31,473 bases of DNA, taken from the NCBI GenBank assembly GCA_964016885.1, contig CAXHJY010000882.1, positions 1-31,473 on the forward strand, read 5' to 3'. Under the pieces are notes generated by a model that was not told the origin of the DNA, made no database searches, and saw nothing but the letters and a program-made list of their open reading frames with translations. Numbering within the stretch: position 1 is the stretch's first letter; each line of letters starts with the position of its first letter. Shown here piece after piece: positions 27,634-31,473 of the stretch. Source of the DNA: Eledone cirrhosa (Eukaryota). Position numbers and translations under genes: made by a program.

Positions 27634-28140
27634 ATATATATATATATACACAGGGCGGGTAAAATTCCCGAGATCCATGGACGTGTTCGCTCAAGCGGTC
27701 TCTGTCCCACATCAACATTGCCATATCCTGCGTCTCCAAGAGACCAGTGTCTATACTCAGGGCATCACCATATGTCAACCTCCGTCTCCCTCTTCTAGTG
27801 TGTCCATGCAGGGGCTCCCACAGGTGCGCTGACGGCAGTGTCAACTCTCGATGTCCGTGAGCATGTCCAGCTAACATCAATCTCCTGTGATACTCTCGAG
27901 CTGACTTTTGGGATGCTCCCGTACAGCTCTGAGTGTATACTGATTAATGTCTAGAGCCATCCTCAGCATTCTCGTGTAGCACCCATCCACCACCTGAGTG
28001 ACTTTCCTGGTCAGTGTCCAAGTCTCAGACCCGTACAGCAGCACAGACTCCACTACAGCATTGAAGAGGCGGATTTTCAGGTCTTTACTTTGTTCCGACT
28101 ACCACACAGATGTCAAACTCTGGCACGCCCCCCACCCCAG
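27634..28140 (-). mobile_element. RTE-like LINE, 3' fragment of ORF2 (pseudogenised)
   Basis: WGACQSLTSVW*SEQSKDLKIRLFNAVVESVLLYGSETWTLT...DGCYTRMLRMAL, then LAGHAHGH...LWEPLHGHTRRGRRRLTY.D.L..DTG...MWDR. Ends at a (TA)n run. Confidence 0.9.
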
Positions 28141-28331
28141 GTTTTGCTCTTCCTCTCGACCACATCATCTTCTGTATTCCCAATCTTTGCTCAGAGATAC
28201 AGTAAGTCCTCAACCAATTCTAGCGGCTTCCCGCCTACATAAGTAATCTTCTCTGGCATCTTAATATTCTCTACCAGATTCTTCGTCCTAATCTAATTCA
28301 TTCTATTCTCAGCCCGACTCTCATCGACATT

Positions 28332-28382
28332 AGAGAGAGAGAGAGAAAGAGAGAGAACGAGAGAGAGAGAGAGAGAGAGAGA
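28332..28382. repeat. (GA)n microsatellite
   Basis: Directly visible. Confidence 0.95.
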
Positions 28383-28714
28383 TCCACATGGCATCTAAAG
28401 TTTATGCAAAATACTGTCATATCGGTGTACCCCATTTTAAGTATGACTCGTTTTCTGTAAACATCTAACTGTCTACTAACTAGAAATAAAATAATTCTAA
28501 TTCCCTTCGACGTATATAAAGCAAAGAGCGAACTGGCCAATAAAATGAGGCAAGAGAATATTCAAGCATATCAAACCCTTTATATTTTCGCTTAGATCTA
28601 CAGCTCTACCAATACTTTGAAAGAATGACACTTTCTAGATACAAAATATGTAAAAGATTTGCAGATTATATTTGTAACTTCTATTCTTTTAAAATTCAGT
28701 AGCCACTGAAGTTT

Positions 28715-28905
28715 TACCTGCCATACTCTAAAAACCCAAACGGGTAGTACCATGAACAATCGTGCCCCCAAACGGGGAGAAATGAAGCAGAATAGGGCGA
28801 TTTTGCAAAATGTTAGCTATACTTATTTTCAAGAGAGAAGACATTCCCACCCAACTCCAAAGTCGTCGGGTGTTCCCACCGACCTACGAGGGAAGTTGGC
28901 AGGTC
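28715..28905. mobile_element. Putative ~190-bp non-autonomous DNA transposon (MITE)
   Basis: Terminal inverted repeat tACCTGCCAtactc / gaagtTGGCAGGTc bounding a GC-richer island with internal CCCAAACGGG repeats. Confidence 0.55.
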
Positions 28906-28912
28906 TGTGATA

Positions 28913-28995
28913 TGGTGGATTGGCAGAATTGTTAGATCATCTAACAAAATGTTTCCGTATTTAGGTAGTTATTATTTTCTTGGTTCAAAATAACA
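28913..28995 (+). mobile_element. Degenerate SINE head (13198 family)
   Basis: ggtggattggcagaattgttaga ... ggttcaaaa resembles the head at 13198-13280. Confidence 0.5.
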
Positions 28996-29529
28996 CCTCA
29001 CTAATTTGTCAAATACGCTAGACCAACTAGTGATAACAGCGAAGTGTCCGGCATGTCATAGATTATTGCCTTAAAAGAACCTCATTAAACAAAGTCTATG
29101 ATATACAATATTTGATAGTCATGTCTTGAAGGTCAAATTAATTGTCGGTTAACAACAATAATAACAATTAAAATAAAGCACAAATTATTACAAAACAAAG
29201 TACACCATTGTAGAGTGTAATTTATATTAAATTATATTGTCATCTTTAATGCATTATATCATAATAGGTGCACGTGGTTGGTATGTGCTTACGTGCGTGC
29301 ACATCCATATTTTACGAATACACACAGCTGGTGTATGTATAGAAATGTTTATACAGACAAATTGTTACAGAATAATATATGATTAATCCAACACGTAAAT
29401 GACTTGCAATTGTGTATAATGTTTATCTGTTTAAATGTAGTAAATATGCATGTATTTTTGTACGTATTCGTACATCTGTATAAGCGAGTGTATACTAATA
29501 TATATTGAAACGTTATGACAATGAAACAT

Positions 29530-29680
29530 GGGTGCCGAAGTGGTGAAGGACATGAGGATGGATATTGACAGTGGCGTTAGTAGTTGTGCTGATGCAGCTG
29601 TTGGTGGTGGTTTGTTGTTGATTGGAATTGTGTGCGGGGGTAGCGGCGGTGGTGGTAGTAATTGTGGTGGCTGTCGTGGA
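29530..29680. repeat. Degenerate (GGT/GTT)n trinucleotide tract
   Basis: ggtggtggtttgttgttg and ggcggtggtggtagt. Confidence 0.7.
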
Positions 29681-30170
29681 CTTTAAATCTGTTCTTGATA
29701 TGCACAGCTGCCATATATGGATAGCAATATTGGAGGCTGGCTGACTAAACGTGTATTACAGCTTGATCCATCGAAAGGGACAGCTGAATGGTTTACCATA
29801 GTATCATTGTAAGACGTTTAAGATGAAAGGGGTTGTTTTTCATATGTTGTAGGCTAGGTTGCACAGAGAGCAAGTGTCAAAAGTGTAATGTTCGTTGCTT
29901 ACGCAGCAGTAAAATCTAGCGAAGAGGAAGGATGTCAAAATGTAGTGTGAGATGGGGAAAGAAAGGAAGAGTATAAATGAATTATTAGTGAATAAGAAGA
30001 GAATTGGTGATAGGTTTTTTGAAATGAGAGTAGTCATTCTTTATAAGTGTATCGACATAATTCTGGTGAAAGACTTGTTTAGGTCAAAATGTTAATGTTC
30101 CTTACTTCCCTGCTTCAATGTAGCTAATTTCGTGAAAGACAGATTGAAGTGGAGAGATAATGAGAGCGAG

Positions 30171-30217
30171 CGTGGTATGGCATCCCTTCTGGTAAACAGA
30201 AGGGATGCCATACTACG
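30171..30217. other. Isolated hairpin: 17-bp perfect stem (21 bp with one G-T), 5-nt loop
   Basis: gtatggcatcccttctg-gtaaa-cagaagggatgccatac. Confidence 0.9.
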
Positions 30218-30320
30218 GCAATCCCTATTCGATTTCGAGTGAAAGGTAACAAAAACAAATAATGCAAAACGTTTAATCTAACGCACATCAAATCCGGTAG
30301 TCAAACATCAGAAAGGTTGC

Positions 30321-31429
30321 TATATATATAATATATATATATATAATATATATAATATATATATATATAATATATATATATATAATATATATATATATAA
30401 TATATATATATATAATATATATATATATAATATATATATATATAATATATATATATATAATATATATATATATAATATATATATATATAATATATATATA
30501 TATAATATATATATATAATATATATATATATAATATATATATATATATAATATATATATATATAATATATATATATATGATATATATATATATGATATAT
30601 ATATATATGATATATATATATATGATATATATATATATGATATATATATATATGATATATATATATATAATATATATATATAATATATATATAATATATA
30701 TATAATATATATATATAATATAATATATATATAATATATATATAATATATATATATAATATATATATATAATATATATATATAATATATATATATAATAT
30801 ATATATATAATATATATATATAATATATATATTATATATATATATTATATATATATATTATATATATAATATATATATATAATATATATATATATTATAT
30901 ATATATATTATATATATAATATATATATAATATATATATATAATATATATATATATTATATATATATATTATATATATTATATATATATATATATAATAT
31001 ATAATATATATAATATATATATAATATATATAATATATATATTATATAATATATTTATATATATATATTATATATATATATTATATATATATAATATATA
31101 TATATAATATATATATATAATATATATATATTATATATATATTATATATATATATTATATATATATATTATATATATATAATATATATATAATATATATA
31201 TTATATATATATAATATATATATATAATATATATATTATATATATATTATATATATATAATATATATATATAATATATATATATAATATATATATAATAT
31301 ATATATTATATATATATTATATATATATTATATATATATATTATATATATATATTATATATATATAATATATATATAATATATATATAATATATATATAA
31401 TATATATATTATATATATATTATATATAT

Positions 31430-31473
<44 letters not shown>
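30321..31473. repeat. Degenerate (TA)n array starting with a 15-bp periodic segment
   Basis: Directly visible; six TGA-variant units at 15-bp spacing (30579-30654). Confidence 0.98.

Overview
Eukaryotic, AT-rich, repeat-dominated window with no supportable host protein-coding gene. The SINE families resemble those I recall from cephalopods (Octopus-like); this attribution is inference. About 12.7 kb is degenerate (TA)n array (1-11580 and 30321-31473), which explains all the YIYI ORFs. The main feature is a decayed Penelope-like retroelement (PLE) at 20924-24497. It consists of a + strand RT copy fused head-to-head with an inverted copy of its own 3' end, and only the inverted arm keeps the GIY-YIG endonuclease core. 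Each arm carries a minimal type-I hammerhead-like motif in its 3' region, and the RT has an unusually long motif A-B' spacer (insertion-in-fingers-like). The right end runs into (TA)n, and two ~35-bp copies of the extreme 3' tip sit inside the giant TA array 17 kb away, suggesting microsatellite-primed insertion. Also present are two further hammerhead-like cores, several tRNA-derived SINEs (one inside the PLE RT with a 14-bp TSD), an RTE-like LINE 3' fragment, two MITE-like elements and an isolated 17-bp perfect hairpin.
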